DNA of 56,025 nt from NCBI GenBank assembly GCA_001938485.1, contig MQRK01242779.1, forward strand, positions 1 through 56,025, given 5' to 3'. The notes beneath the pieces are model-generated. The model was not told where the DNA came from and did not search any database. It worked only from the letters and a program-made list of their open reading frames with translations. Source of the stretch: Girardia tigrina. Taxonomy: Eukaryota. The position numbers and the translations under genes were made by a program. Below, piece by piece: positions 25,401 through 38,900 of the stretch. How positions within the stretch are numbered: position 1 is the stretch's first letter; each line of letters opens with the position of its first letter.

Positions 25401-28400
25401 CTGGTCGGAAACAAAATATTTTTGATATAGTTGATGAAGAATTGGAGAAGATGGTCGAAGAAGAGCATCGAATTACCATGAAAATGCGACCAATGAAGCT
25501 CAACACCACTGCTTGTACAGTTAATATCAGATTGAAATCCATTTTCAAAAAACATAGCTCCAGATTCGTACTACACTTCTTGACTGGTGAAATGATGCAA
25601 AATTGCTTGGAGTGCAGTTAGAACAACTTGAAACTGTGGGAAAAGCATGGTAAATTTTTCCTGGAAAATTTAATTACGAAGGATGAAACCCCCTTCAGTA
25701 TGTAATTGCCGGAAACAAAGCGTGACTCAGCAAAGGGGAAACTGTCTTGATAGAAGCCATCTATGAATATGAGAACGGGGACAAGTTATGCACAAGTGAG
25801 GATGCTTTCTATTTAATGCGATAATAAAGGTGTTATTCTCATGGATTTCGCAATAAAATACATCCCCATCAACTCTTACAGCCAACTCGTGGCAACCACC
25901 AGAAAGAATAGAAGCAAGCAGAAGAACATGCCACTATGGCTTCCTCCCTACAATCCATCAATCCTACAAAATTATGCGTAAAGAATCTTAAAATCAAATC
26001 ATCGCTGCATACCCCCAACAATGTTTCAAAAGGTGTTAGGTGAGCTGCAAAAAAATTCTTCTGGTCAAGTGTTCCATAAAATAAAAAAAGTTTTTCAGAC
26101 ACTGAAATAGATTTATAATTGAAATAATTAATTTAAAAAATATTTTTTTAAAAAGGGAATATGTTTGCTTTACAGAAATACTATTTTTGCAAATTTTATT
26201 ATGATTATTAAATTAGTAATTAATTTTTTTACCAGATTACTCAAGGAGGATAATAATGCTATCGTTTATCGTACTAAAGATGGTAGAATAATAACCGAAA
26301 AAGATATCCAGAAAAGAAAAAATTACAAAGAAGGAAAACGCAATCCGGACAGTGACAGTGAATATAGGTAAGTCAATTTACAGAATCATTCAAAAGTATT
26401 AAACTTTAAATCGTCTTCAGATAATAAAGTTCAAATACATTAATATTTTAATTTTAATATTTATTTTTATATTATGATTCAGTTTGATCTATATATCAAA
26501 CAATGATTGAACTAAGTAAAAGATTTCATATCATAAGATTTTCTAATTTATATTATTTATTAATTTAAATTTCACAAGTGTGAAACTCTGAAGGGTCATT
26601 TTCATATTAAAACAATACTGAACACACTACATTAAGTATAAATTGCAGGATCTTGGGTCATATTAATAAATGTAAAGGTAAAGAAAGCAATGGATATGAT
26701 TGTTCGCAACGAGACCGTTGCTTTGCTCCTCCATGGCGATCATTTGTCCCTGCCTCGGGGAACTGTACCAAAACAAACCTTCCCCTCCTCTGTTTATACC
26801 GTGTCATTCCACTCCCCGAGACAAAATACCCCATGATCAACGTATCAACCCGGCTTTATGGTGCCCCTCCGTCCAGACAGGAAATGTCGAGATTCTGCTT
26901 TGGCATTTTTTTATCTAGTCAAAAATCAATAAAAATTTAATACATTTTAAAACGCGACATTTCACTGTCATCCCCGAACGAATATCGATTTTATTAAACT
27001 CAATTTTCACTCTCAGTCGCCACAGTAAATTATTCACAGTCGATGGAATCACATAGAAATTTATTTTCGTTAAATAATTCGATTTTCTGGCTATTTCAAG
27101 CAACCAAATATTGCTTTTATCGATCATTTCCATGAAAGTTTTGAAATTCAATTTGATGATGTCTGTAACCTTAAATTTAAGTTTGAAAATATTGTGATTG
27201 AAACTCATCAATTCTCGTGCAGCATTCTTATTTCAAATTAAAGTATTTCTGACTATTAGCAGCATTTATTAACAACACAAACATTTTCAATAGCAATTTC
27301 TGCGGGAAGCTTCATTCTTGATTAATATGTTTTTATTATTACCACGTTTTTATTAGCTTGCTTTCTTGTCTGTTTGTCTGTTTGTCTGTTTGTCTGGAAC
27401 AAATCTTGCGATTGATTTTTCGACCACTTTCAGTCATCCAATTGAGCTNNNNNNNNNNNNNNNNNNNNNNNNNNNNNNNNNNNNNNNNNNNNNNNNNNNN
27501 NNNNNNNNNNNNNNNNNNNNNNNNNNNNNNNNNNNNNNNNNNNNNNNNNNNNNNNNNNNNNNNNNNNNNNNNNNNNNNNNNNNNNNNNNNNNNNNNNNNN
27601 NNNNNNNNNNNNNNNNNNNNNNNNNNNNNNNNNNNNNNNNNNNNNNNNNNNNNNNNNNNNNNNNNNTTCTAGACATGTGAGAAATTTTATACCTAACCAA
27701 AAACGTGGGGTATAGAAATGATCGATTGTTACTAAAAAGCAGTAAAGAGGAAATAGCAGTTACTAATAGCAGTAATTCAGAAATCAGCCCTACGTTTTTG
27801 GTTAGGTATAAAATTTCTCACATGTCTAGAAAAAATTATTTTCCTCTTTTTAGTGCATTGGTAATGCTTGAAAAACGTGGTTGTTTTTACAAAAAAATTT
27901 TTTTATTAATAATATTATTTTTGTATCTATATTCAAATCTTAAAATCAATTAACTGGACAAGATTAATGTAACTTTTAATTTCTCAAAATTTTATTGGAT
28001 AAAAATGCATTAAGTAATTTTTAAAATAAATATTAGTTTCTTTAAATATATTTAATTCAATAAGTTAAAATTGTTTACTAAAAATATTATTAAAATTTAT
28101 AATTATAAAACTTTTAATTAATTAGTATTTAAAAATTAATCTCATTAAATTAGTTTTGTTAGATTTAAATAATTAATTAAAATTAAATCAATCCCATCTG
28201 AGTAGGAGAGTCACAAATCTAAACAGCATACAAACAAAAAACTTAAAACATTCTGAATTTTCCCTCACACTGACAATAACCAAAATATTTATTTCAAAAC
28301 CTTTTTTTTTACTTTTAAACCAAAAAGTTTTAAACAACTAATTTCTCATACATCATAATTTCCCAATTTTTCAACATACAATTTTAAGTTCTTATTTACT

Positions 28401-31400
28401 CTTCATTTAAATAATTCTTTACACATAATTTTGTTACTTAACACAATTACAAATTTAGATTTTTTCTACATAAAAGAAAAAAAAGTAATTTTTTTACAAT
28501 TTATTTTCCCTTAATAACAAATTTTTCATTTTTACTGAACCCGAATTATAATTCATAAATATCTTAAAATGTTGGCATTTTTTCTACTGTGCTTAGTCGA
28601 AACAACAATCCGGTACACGGTCTCCAGAAACAGAATCATAAAGACAGGAAAGAAGGAAAGAAAGGGGCAATTTAAATCGCAAACCATTCAGATTCTCGAA
28701 TAATTATAAATAGGGCACGGAATTTAATGACCTTAAAAATCAAAAAAATAAGTTTTTTATTTCCTCTCTTTCCGAGTGAGATATTATTTTGTTCTTCCTC
28801 TCTGCCAATAGAGTCTTCACCGTCACCAATCCGCCGCAGTCATTAATAATAAGAATAATAATAATCATTGATAACAGAGCGGGTGGCGCAGTGGTGTAAC
28901 TGCGGCGGATTGGTGACAGTGGAGACTCTATTGGTAGAGGGTAAGAACAAAATAATATCTCACCCGGAAATAGAGGAAATAAAATGGAGTCATTTTTTTA
29001 ATTTTTCAGGTCATTAAATTCCGTGCCCTAATTATAAAGTTTGAAATTTTTTAAAATTAATTTTATAACAAATTATAAAAGGATTATGATAGAAACATTT
29101 AAAAAACATCTTTTGAACTGCGCTTAAACATGAATGGTAATTCACAGCGAAATATTTTTCAATTATTTTAATTGCAATTAATCACTTTATTTTATAACAT
29201 TGAAGTGTACAGTATTTGTATTCAGAATGTTCTGTTTAAATGTAAAAAAATTGAATTTCCGTAAAACTCAGAATTTTTCTGCAAATGGAGTAATAATTTA
29301 GGTAGACTTTGTGGAATATCCTACAATCATTTTAACTGAAAACTTTTCAGTAATACAAACTGAGAAAGAGTATCGAGCCACTTTTTCTGTGTTACCTGCA
29401 CACTGCGAGCATACCGACTGAAATAATCAACTTCATCGAGCTGCCAAAGGCGACCGAATACCAGATCGTGGAGCAGTTTCGTGTGGATGAGGTGAAAGAA
29501 GAGCCTTCGAGTCGTCCAGTAGAAAGACACACGACAGATCAAAGTCTTAGAAGCGCAGTGAGCCCTTCCTGGAACAGGTTTAGCAAATGATCGACGATGA
29601 GCCGTTAGTATCGATGCGTGTTTTACAACTCGACGGTAGTTTGGCGACCGGACAAGCCACTGGTTCATTCATGAAAATCTGTCATACTGCTTATATGTTC
29701 TGAAGATAAACCAGCTGCGACCAGATTCCAATAACAAGAAATGACTGGTGAAGTTCATTCTGCTACTGTTGTCCATGAAGTGCGAGACGGCTAGCCATAT
29801 CCGATTTTTCAGTGATGAACAAAACTTCACCAATGATGTTTAGACCAACCGAAGGTACGATCGATGTTTGTCAAGGATCTAGAGGATATTCGGCGTCTGT
29901 TCATATTCTGATCATCGTTTCTAGCGAAGTTAATGTGATGAAGTTGCACTTTTTTGTCAAGGAGCAGACGATTAATTCAGATATTTACCCTGATGTTTTG
30001 CGCAATGCTGTGAAGATAATACTGTTTATCATGCGTTTAGCATATTTATACATGGTTCGTGAAGTATGAAAAATAATAATTTCGATTTTTACGAAGTGTA
30101 AAAAGAAGTGTAAATTTATGGAAAAAGTAATGAATTCGTTCTTAGAAAAGATATTAATATAAAAGATATTAATATTTGATTTTACTTTCACTTTATAAAT
30201 TTTACCCATAATAAATTTTATCAATTTAAAATTACGCAACATTATCAAATACTTAATCATTTCGCGAAATTTTATTAATTTAAAAATCTCTATCATAATT
30301 CTTTAATGCAGGGTTTTTCAATTAAAGTCAGAATGTGGAAATCAAAATCAAATCATTTAATTAAATTTTAAAATAAATTAATCGTTTAATTTATAAATGT
30401 TATTTATGAAAGCAATTATTGAAAGACATCTTGAAAAATTGTTCATCTAAATTTATTTTTACATGTATAATTCGTATAACAAAATAAAATCTAAGCCCAT
30501 AGTTTTAATCGAAAGAAAAAAACAGCTTTCGAATCATGAAAGAGAATTGATATGCAGTAAATACGACGCTGGAAAAACACTTAAAACGATTTCAAGTGAG
30601 CTCGATGTGAACTATAAAACCGTCTTTAGTGTTGTGAAAGTTTATAAAGCCAGTGGTAGAATAAATTCACTACCAGTCCGTGGTCATAAAACTCCAATTC
30701 TTAACCAAGAACATGTGGATTTTATTAAAAATGAAATCGAAACTGATTGTTAGATAACACTTGGATTGTTAAAAAATGACTTGGCATTGGAAAAAAAAAC
30801 ATTATTGCTTCAAAATCTACAATTTATCGTTCAATAAAAACATTTAATTTTTCTTTGAAACGCGTAAGTATTGTCCCAGAATCTCGTGTATAGCATCACG
30901 ATTTGAGTTTGCAAATTACTACTTGTCTTTAAATGAAGAAGATATTATTTTTTTGGATGAAGCGGGTGTTAATTGTTCAATGAGAAAATCTGATGGACGA
31001 AGCCAGCTAGGAACGCCTGATAAGAAAACAGTTAGAACAATTCGCAGTAAAAACTTTTCAATTTCGGCAGCTATTTGTAAAACGGGGTTGTTAAAATATG
31101 AAGTATTGGAAGGCTCTAATAATGGAAACACTTTTATTTCGTTTATAAACAGGCTGCTTTCTTTCTTGGCGGACAATAACTATGAAAAAAAGGTTATTAT
31201 AATGGACAATTACGCAATACACAAAGTTGGTGGAGTTTGTGAAGCAATTACGAATGCTGGGCATGTTTTAAAATTCCTTCCGCCGTATTCTCCACAATTA
31301 AATCCGGTTGAAGAATGCTTTTCAAAATGGAAAAATGGAATCAAATCTAAAAATGTTGTATGTGCAAGTGAATTGATGGAAGCTATTCAAACAGGGAAAG

Positions 31401-31857
31401 ATTCAATCACATCAGAAGATTGTTTTTGGTTTTTTAATGATGCTCGTCGTTATGCTTTAAAAGCAATGAGACGTGAAGAATTTTGATTAAATAAAACTTA
31501 GGAAGAAGAAATATTTTTAAATTACTGTGTATCATTAATGTTGAATATATTGTTGTTGTACGTTTATATTTTTTAACAAAATTAAAGTTTAATTAAAAAT
31601 AAGTTCTGATTTTTATTGAAACGTTTTTGATTTTAATTGAAAAACCCTGTAATTACCATACATCAAATTTTATAATTAAAAATTACACGAAAATTAACAA
31701 TTATTTTTAATTGATATATTTAATTTTACATTCTTTCAAAAATTTTTTAATAACATTTCTGAATTCCTAACATTCTGTAAAGAGATTCTGCAGAGATTCA
31801 TATACTATATTTACAAAAAAATAAAATTCAATTCCAATGGGAGCCGAATTTACCCAT

Positions 31858-31901
<44 letters not shown>

Positions 31902-32229
31902 TTGAATGTTTGTTTTGGTCTGAGAATATAAAGTTTGATGAATAGGAGATATTGTTTTGTTTGTTTAAAAAAATCGCATCTATGGTCGTTAAATAATAGC
32001 TCTGTCATTAGTAAAGATCAAATAGAAAGACCTGAAGATTTTTGTAAATACTCACATTGTTTTAAATTGCATTGATTGACATTTATTAATAATATTAGGA
32101 AATATTTTCCAAATATATAAAAATATAAACTAATTCAAGTATAAATCATCATATATGAGTATAAACAGACTTACATCAATCTATTATACTTAAGTAAATG
32201 TAATTATTTTATATTTTAATAATATAATG

Positions 32230-32268
<39 letters not shown>

Positions 32269-35200
32269 TATAATAATAAAAAGTTTAAATGATGAATATT
32301 TCCATACAAATTATAACTTTTTGAGGTTAATTGTTTAGTTATTAAATATCTTTTGTTTTGAGAATAATTGCTAAAAGCTTTCTTTTATGCCACATTCAAA
32401 CAACTAACGTTACTTTTTTATATTAATAAAGAATAAATTGTTTAAATTGTATATGGTAATAATTGAGTCAATAGTGTACCTAAATTACTAAATATTTGAG
32501 GAATTATTAATTGTTGAGAATATGGAAATTTAGAACAACCAAATTTTTTATCATATTTTTGTTTATAATCTCTTTTGTTTTGTTAAAATTTTTGATAATA
32601 ATGAAATAATTTTGATAATAACAAAATAATGACATTCCTATTTTATCCAAAATGTTTTGTTGGAGTTCCCAAAATGTGATGAAAACATTTTATGATTGTT
32701 AACAATCTTCTGTTTAGAGTAGGATGTACCGGATTTGATGAATACCATTGATTTATCACTTCCGACTTAAATGATTCTTGTGATTATGGAAGATCTTTTA
32801 TATTTTGTTAGAAACTTAAGTAAAAATAAATAAAGTTTTAGAAATTATTTATTTATAAAAAAGACTATTTAAATACTATTTGTGAGAAATATTTTAAATT
32901 TGGTATGTTGAAATTGGTTTGTTGAATTTTGTATGTTGAGTTTAGTATTTGGAAATGTGTTTCTCCCACCCAGATGGAAAATTGATATTTTAGATGTTCA
33001 TGATAAATAATTATTCGAGTATAATTTATATTTTAAAGTACAGCATAATATATGTAAAAACATTAAAAATATTAAATCTTTTCAAATTTTCATATTAAAA
33101 TGTAAATAAAATAAATAGTTTTAACTAAGTTTTGAATTAATTAAATGTTCTTTCTTTACATAAAATAATTTTTAAATAAAATTAATATGTAAATAAAAAT
33201 TAATACTNNNNNNNNNNNNNNNNNNNNNNNNNNNNNNNNNNNNNNNNNNNNNNNNNNNNNNNNNNNNNNNNATAATTGTTTATTAACAAACATTAATAAA
33301 AAATTATCAATTTAGAACGATGTCGAATGACGAGAGTTTTGCTGAGAGTTGTCCAAAAGATAATTCTGATTGTAATGAAAATAAAAGTTTAAAAACTTCA
33401 TGTTGGTGTTCTTAATACTATTATTTAAACAAAATTGATTCCAAATGTCAAAAATTTAAAATATTATTTTAAATAATAATATAAATTCCCATAGGATAAT
33501 CAACGACATTTTGCTACTGGATTGATGGTAATCACTAATCCTGTTCTGGAACTAAATGATGTATTTCATGTATAACACAATGGGATATTTCATTTTCTTT
33601 TGTTTTTTTAACTGATAATAATTTCTTCTCATTACTTTCCGAATTGTTTCGTCTGCAGAGTATAAAGTGTTTTTTTAATCTTTAATATTGCAAATTTAGA
33701 AAGATAATTTGATTTACCAAATCTTAATTGTTTTACCCAAAGCTTAATTGTTTATTTCGACTATTTCGAGTACAAACAGTAGTTGAGCAGTCAAAACCTG
33801 TCTTCCTAATTATAAACCTAATTCCTATTTATTTAGTTTTTCATGCTCTCATTTATGTCACGAAACACAATCGTTAATTGGTACTGTTTTATCGACTTAA
33901 CTGCTTCCAGTTAAAACATTTGACTTCACACCATTAACAATTTTAAAGAGAATGAGACATGTTGCATTCTTGTTTCATCATAATAGACCGTACTTCACCA
34001 CTGTTAAAATTTCTAACTAGTTAGATATAACACATCCACCATTAACTTCTTGATAATTCGAAAAAGTTGTTCAACTAAGTCCGAGTTTCATAAACCAGGG
34101 GCCCCGACTAAATTTAGGTTCTTAGTTGAATCTATATTCTTTATAGGAATTACAGAAAGGTGCAAATAAAGATGCCAATAAACGACGCCCATCTTTAGAA
34201 CAACAGAAAAAACCACAAATATAATATTTTGCTAGTAATAAATGTTAAATTCAATATTCACAAAACATTTTGTGATGTTTATATTAAACGTTTGTTGTAT
34301 TTGTATGTTGTTTTAGAATGGTGCCTCTCCTATACTGATGGTTTATTTATGTGTTGAATATTCTGATTCTTTTTGATATTTTGTAAAATTCAATAACCTT
34401 TGTTATAATTTTAAATATTTTAAATGATAAATATCATAATTTTCAAATTAATTAGACCGATACCTGAAATATTTCAACAGGTATTCATCGATTTTGGACT
34501 TTTCCGGATAGAGGAAAATCTTGCATTGATATCATACTTAATTTCCGAAAAATAATTAAATATGAGATAGTATCAAAGAATCCTGTAAAGAAAACTGAAA
34601 GCGTGGTATTGACAAAGTAAAAATCCTTTAGGATGAGTTTATGGATGAGTTTATTGAGCTAAGATTGGGCTCTAATGACTTAACATTGACTTAAAAATGT
34701 ATACAAGCTCATATAGAAATGTTTGGAGAAAGCTTTTGTAAACATTTATCCAGTTTGTCTACGTGAAAGTAATAGAGAATATGGTGCTAATAATGACCTT
34801 CAAAGATAGCTAGCCATCAAATTGGAAAGAAAGCTGAAGACATAAAAGCCATACAAATGAGAATGTATAAATTTAATAATGGGAAAATAAATGCATCTGA
34901 AGCAGCGTATAACACAAAAATAAAACTAGAGGAAAGCATATAAAACTATGATGTGAAGGAAAAAGGAAAGAAGAAGAAAAAAAGTTTGATATCAGTGCGA
35001 TACCTGATGGCGTTTCACAAAAATTTGTCCAAAATTGTAAGTGTAATCAAATAGGACAGTAAATAATACAAATTCACAAATATTCGAGATGATGAAAGGA
35101 TCACAATAACTTTGATAACTTTCTAGAATTCTCTGATCTGAAAGTTTGAATAATTAGACAAGTTTGTATATTTCTAGAATTGATTATTCTATTGTATATT

Positions 35201-35896
35201 TCTTGATGTAATGGACCCCTTGATTTTTTTTCAATGATATGTAATAAAAATTTTACAAATACTTCAATAGTTAAATATTATATTTTTATTAATATTCGTA
35301 GTGCTTTAATAGAGCGATAGCCAAGAATTCTGTTTCCAATTATTTTCACAAGTAAAATAGCAATTAGTTATATTTTTTTAAACAAGCTGTAAATTTTTTT
35401 GCAGCCATGACATACTGATGTAGAAACCAATGAGTAACGAGAACATTCGTGACAGCGCAGTCGCAGCTCTCCGGCCCTTGGAGATGGTATCTCGGTGTCG
35501 GGGGATTTTAAGTAATCTCACCAATCCGGACCCAACGTCCAGTTGTTGGGAAAACCACGACTTCATCCTGCTTCGCACCGTCAAACATTTTTTCCGTTCG
35601 TTGTGGAGCGCTTCCGGGTGGCGAAGCTCCCAAACTTTACTAGTTTCAAATTGATATTCATCATTTGCAATTCTAATGAGGACTGATTCGCGTTTCATCA
35701 TCATTTGCGAACAACACTGTAATCATCATTTGTAGTTCTAATGAAGACTGATTCACATTCCCTTTCATAATCATCATCATTTGCAGACAAATTAAAATCA
35801 AATCGCCATTACATTTATTGATTGTAAAAAAAATCAATTTTCAATTCTTCGCAACAATTTACAATTTTAAACATAAAAAAACTTTTTAAATCACTT

Positions 35897-35930
<34 letters not shown>

Positions 35931-38900
35931 TATGTATATTATTTTTTAAAAAACTGATTTCATTTTTCTTCAAATAAAAAAACAATTAATATTGAAAAAT
36001 AAAAACAAAATAATTCGGTCCATTTCTAGAATAAAAAAATCTGATTGACTTATGAAATATAATTAAGATTTCAACGCAATAAATTCATCCATAACATAAA
36101 CCAATGCTAAAAGTGCACAAAATATAAACAAATAAAAATTAACTGGTTGCAAATTTTCAACAAAAGTTATTTTCAAAAAATTGTTTTGTCTTCATCCAAT
36201 ACGTGAAATAACAAAAGAAACATTGCACTTATTACCATAAGATTCGATAAAATTATAATAATTGCACTGACAGCAAATTCCGTGTACACTGGTACTGTAT
36301 AGATACAAATTAATACCGAAAGATTGAGTGAATTTTCAATAAGTTTCATTGAAAGTTTTCTATTACGATTATTGGTAATTTTAAGTGAGTTTTCCATTTC
36401 ATATAACGGCTCGTTGAGGACGAAGTTCAGTTATCCTCACACCAAATTAGCCGAATCCCCAAACCATTAGTGTGTTTTTTTATCAACCCGTTAAAAAGGA
36501 TTTACTATCAAGCATTACAGGTTCAAAATCGTGTTTCTTAAAGGAAATTATATAACATTGGTAGAATGTCCACTGCTTTTTTAGTTAGCAGAAGAGACTT
36601 ACAAAATAAAAATCCATCCTTAATAGATATAAATACAGAGGCATATGTTTATCATTTTGTTGTGATTTAAAAGAAAATTTAAAAACATTGAAAATTCAAG
36701 AATAATTTGGTGTGGCGGACCGCTGAGAATGTATTTATGGACTCAAATTTAAAATAATTAAACATTTCATTTGTGTCATTTAACTAATTTTCGGAAAGGT
36801 AAACAGTTAATTCTTAAAAACGATTATGAGACTCAAAATATTCATAAATATGATTTTTTAACAAACAGAATGAAGATTTCCTTTCCTTATTAATAATTTC
36901 CCTTGGGCCGTTAATCTTAGCGTTTTATAAATAATTAATTACTTTTATTGTAAAAGTTGTTTTTAAAATCAAATCAATTTATTTTCATTGTTCATTATTT
37001 GTCTCCATTTTATTTACAATGGATTCTATGCAAATTAAAAAAATCAAAATGTTTTTCAAATCATATAAAAGAGAAATTACGAGCCATAAAAGTAAAACTT
37101 TCTTTTCAATTTCCAGCTACAAATCATTTGTAAGTGCGGGAGGAACAAGACATGTTAAAAGAAAAAAGAAAAATCTTGATGGGACCTATGGAGATAGTGA
37201 ATCGTACCATAGCAGTCAAGATGAAGATGGAAAGGCTCGACGACGAAATCGAAGACGAAAATTAAAGCATGGTCCCAACAGTGCTCACTCTTATACAAGT
37301 GTTGTCAGTGCAGGAGGAACAAGACATGTGAGAAGAAGAAAGAAAAATCCTGATGGCACTTATGGAGACAGTGAATCATATCATAGTGACGACAGTGCAG
37401 TCTTTAAAGATGCAGAAAAATCTATTCAAAAACAGAAAAAGAAATTAAAAGAAAAACAAAATAATGATAGCGATAGTGATCACTCTTATTTTAGTGTCGA
37501 ATCTGCCGGAGGAACTAAAAGAAAAATGAAACGAAAAAGAATTCGAGATGAACATGGTAATATTGTTGGGTACGGAAAGGAAGTTGAACACGATGGAAAA
37601 GGTTATTTTGTTTTTATTAAATAAAAAATATAAATTTTAGGAATTAAATGTCTTACGTTACCTTTTAACGATAATTTTATTTATGTAATTTTATTTTAAT
37701 AATTTATTAAATATAAAATGAAATTAATTATTCACATTTATTTTTTCATCTGTTATCAAGTGATGTGTTAGAGCAAAAACAATAACAACACCGAAATATT
37801 TATTCAATGTAACTGCGAGATTTCAGTAAAGTCAAATTGCGCACATTTCTGTCCAGTAAAACAAAAACAATATCAACCATATTTGGTTCATGATTAAAAT
37901 TGGAAGTCATAATTTTGTAAACTTTATTTCTACTACAATTTTCATTATTGAAACAAATTTATGAGGAACAATATTTTAATTTCATAATCCAGATCTCAAA
38001 ATTCTAAATATAAATAATAATATCGATAAATATATAAATATGTTATTTTATTCAATTTTGCATAAATATTTTAAAAATATTTTAAAAATTCAATTCCTAA
38101 ATATCTTTCTTTGATTTTAAATCATTCGATTATAAATTATTTCTTTTTAATAAAAACCTTTTATTTGTTTTTAATAAAAATTGCAAAAATAATTTACAAA
38201 TTTAAAATACAATTCACGAACAACACCAGTAGTTTCTCGCTCTCGCTCACAACGGACCTTTTAATTTCCGGATAGCTTGAACGCATTCGTCCAACGACTC
38301 GTCTCGCCTCTACTTCCTTTCGCGTAAGGACTCAAAACAGTCGATTTTCGACATACCGAAAGCCTCGAACAACGGTTTCTATATTTCAGCTTGTTTCTCC
38401 TTCGAATCATCGCTTAGATTGTTCCACACATCATCAGATGCGCCCTCCAGAAGCATCGGGATGACTTCTGTTATACATACCTTCGTAATTTTCGCGACGG
38501 TCGTTAATTTTTCCGTCCAGGCCACCACATCATAATTTTTACCGTCGAAAATTTTTATCGACTTAAGAATTTTCGACATAAATCCGATGATAGCTTGTAA
38601 GAGCAAAAACAATAACAATACCGAAATATTTATTCAATGTAACTGGGAGATTTCAGTCAAGTCAAATTGCGCGCATTTCTGTCCAGTAAAACAAAAACAA
38701 TATCAACCATATTGCTACATGATGAAAAAACCAAATTATAAAATATTCTGTATATTGTTTAATTTAAATGATAATTATTCCTAAATTGAATTTATTCTAT
38801 CTTATTACATCGTGTGTTTTTATGTACCATATATTTAAGTGTATAAGACGGAACTTGCTCCCTAAACATTGTCCCCAAAATAGGGAGCAAAAAAACTGTA

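Noticed and set aside
28876-28897. tRNA gene
   Set aside because: Only an A-box-like 5' fragment; no B-box or cloverleaf.
34450-35070. RPIPEIFQQVFIDF and CKCNQIG fragments suggesting integrase and a zinc knuckle
   Set aside because: Too decayed to delimit or classify.
35378-35704. GC-rich block with ORFs on both strands, weakly like an R1-type LINE RT segment
   Set aside because: Resemblance (KGRRAATALSRM) is too slight to assign; probably a TE remnant.
36405-36455. Hairpin CGGCT-TGAGGA...TCCTCA-AGCCG resembling HDV-like ribozyme parts
   Set aside because: Elements are in the wrong order for the HDV double pseudoknot on either strand.
37766-38719. CRISPR-like or prophage att-like direct repeats
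   Set aside because: Eukaryotic context; these are two LTRs with a TSD, not a repeat-spacer array.
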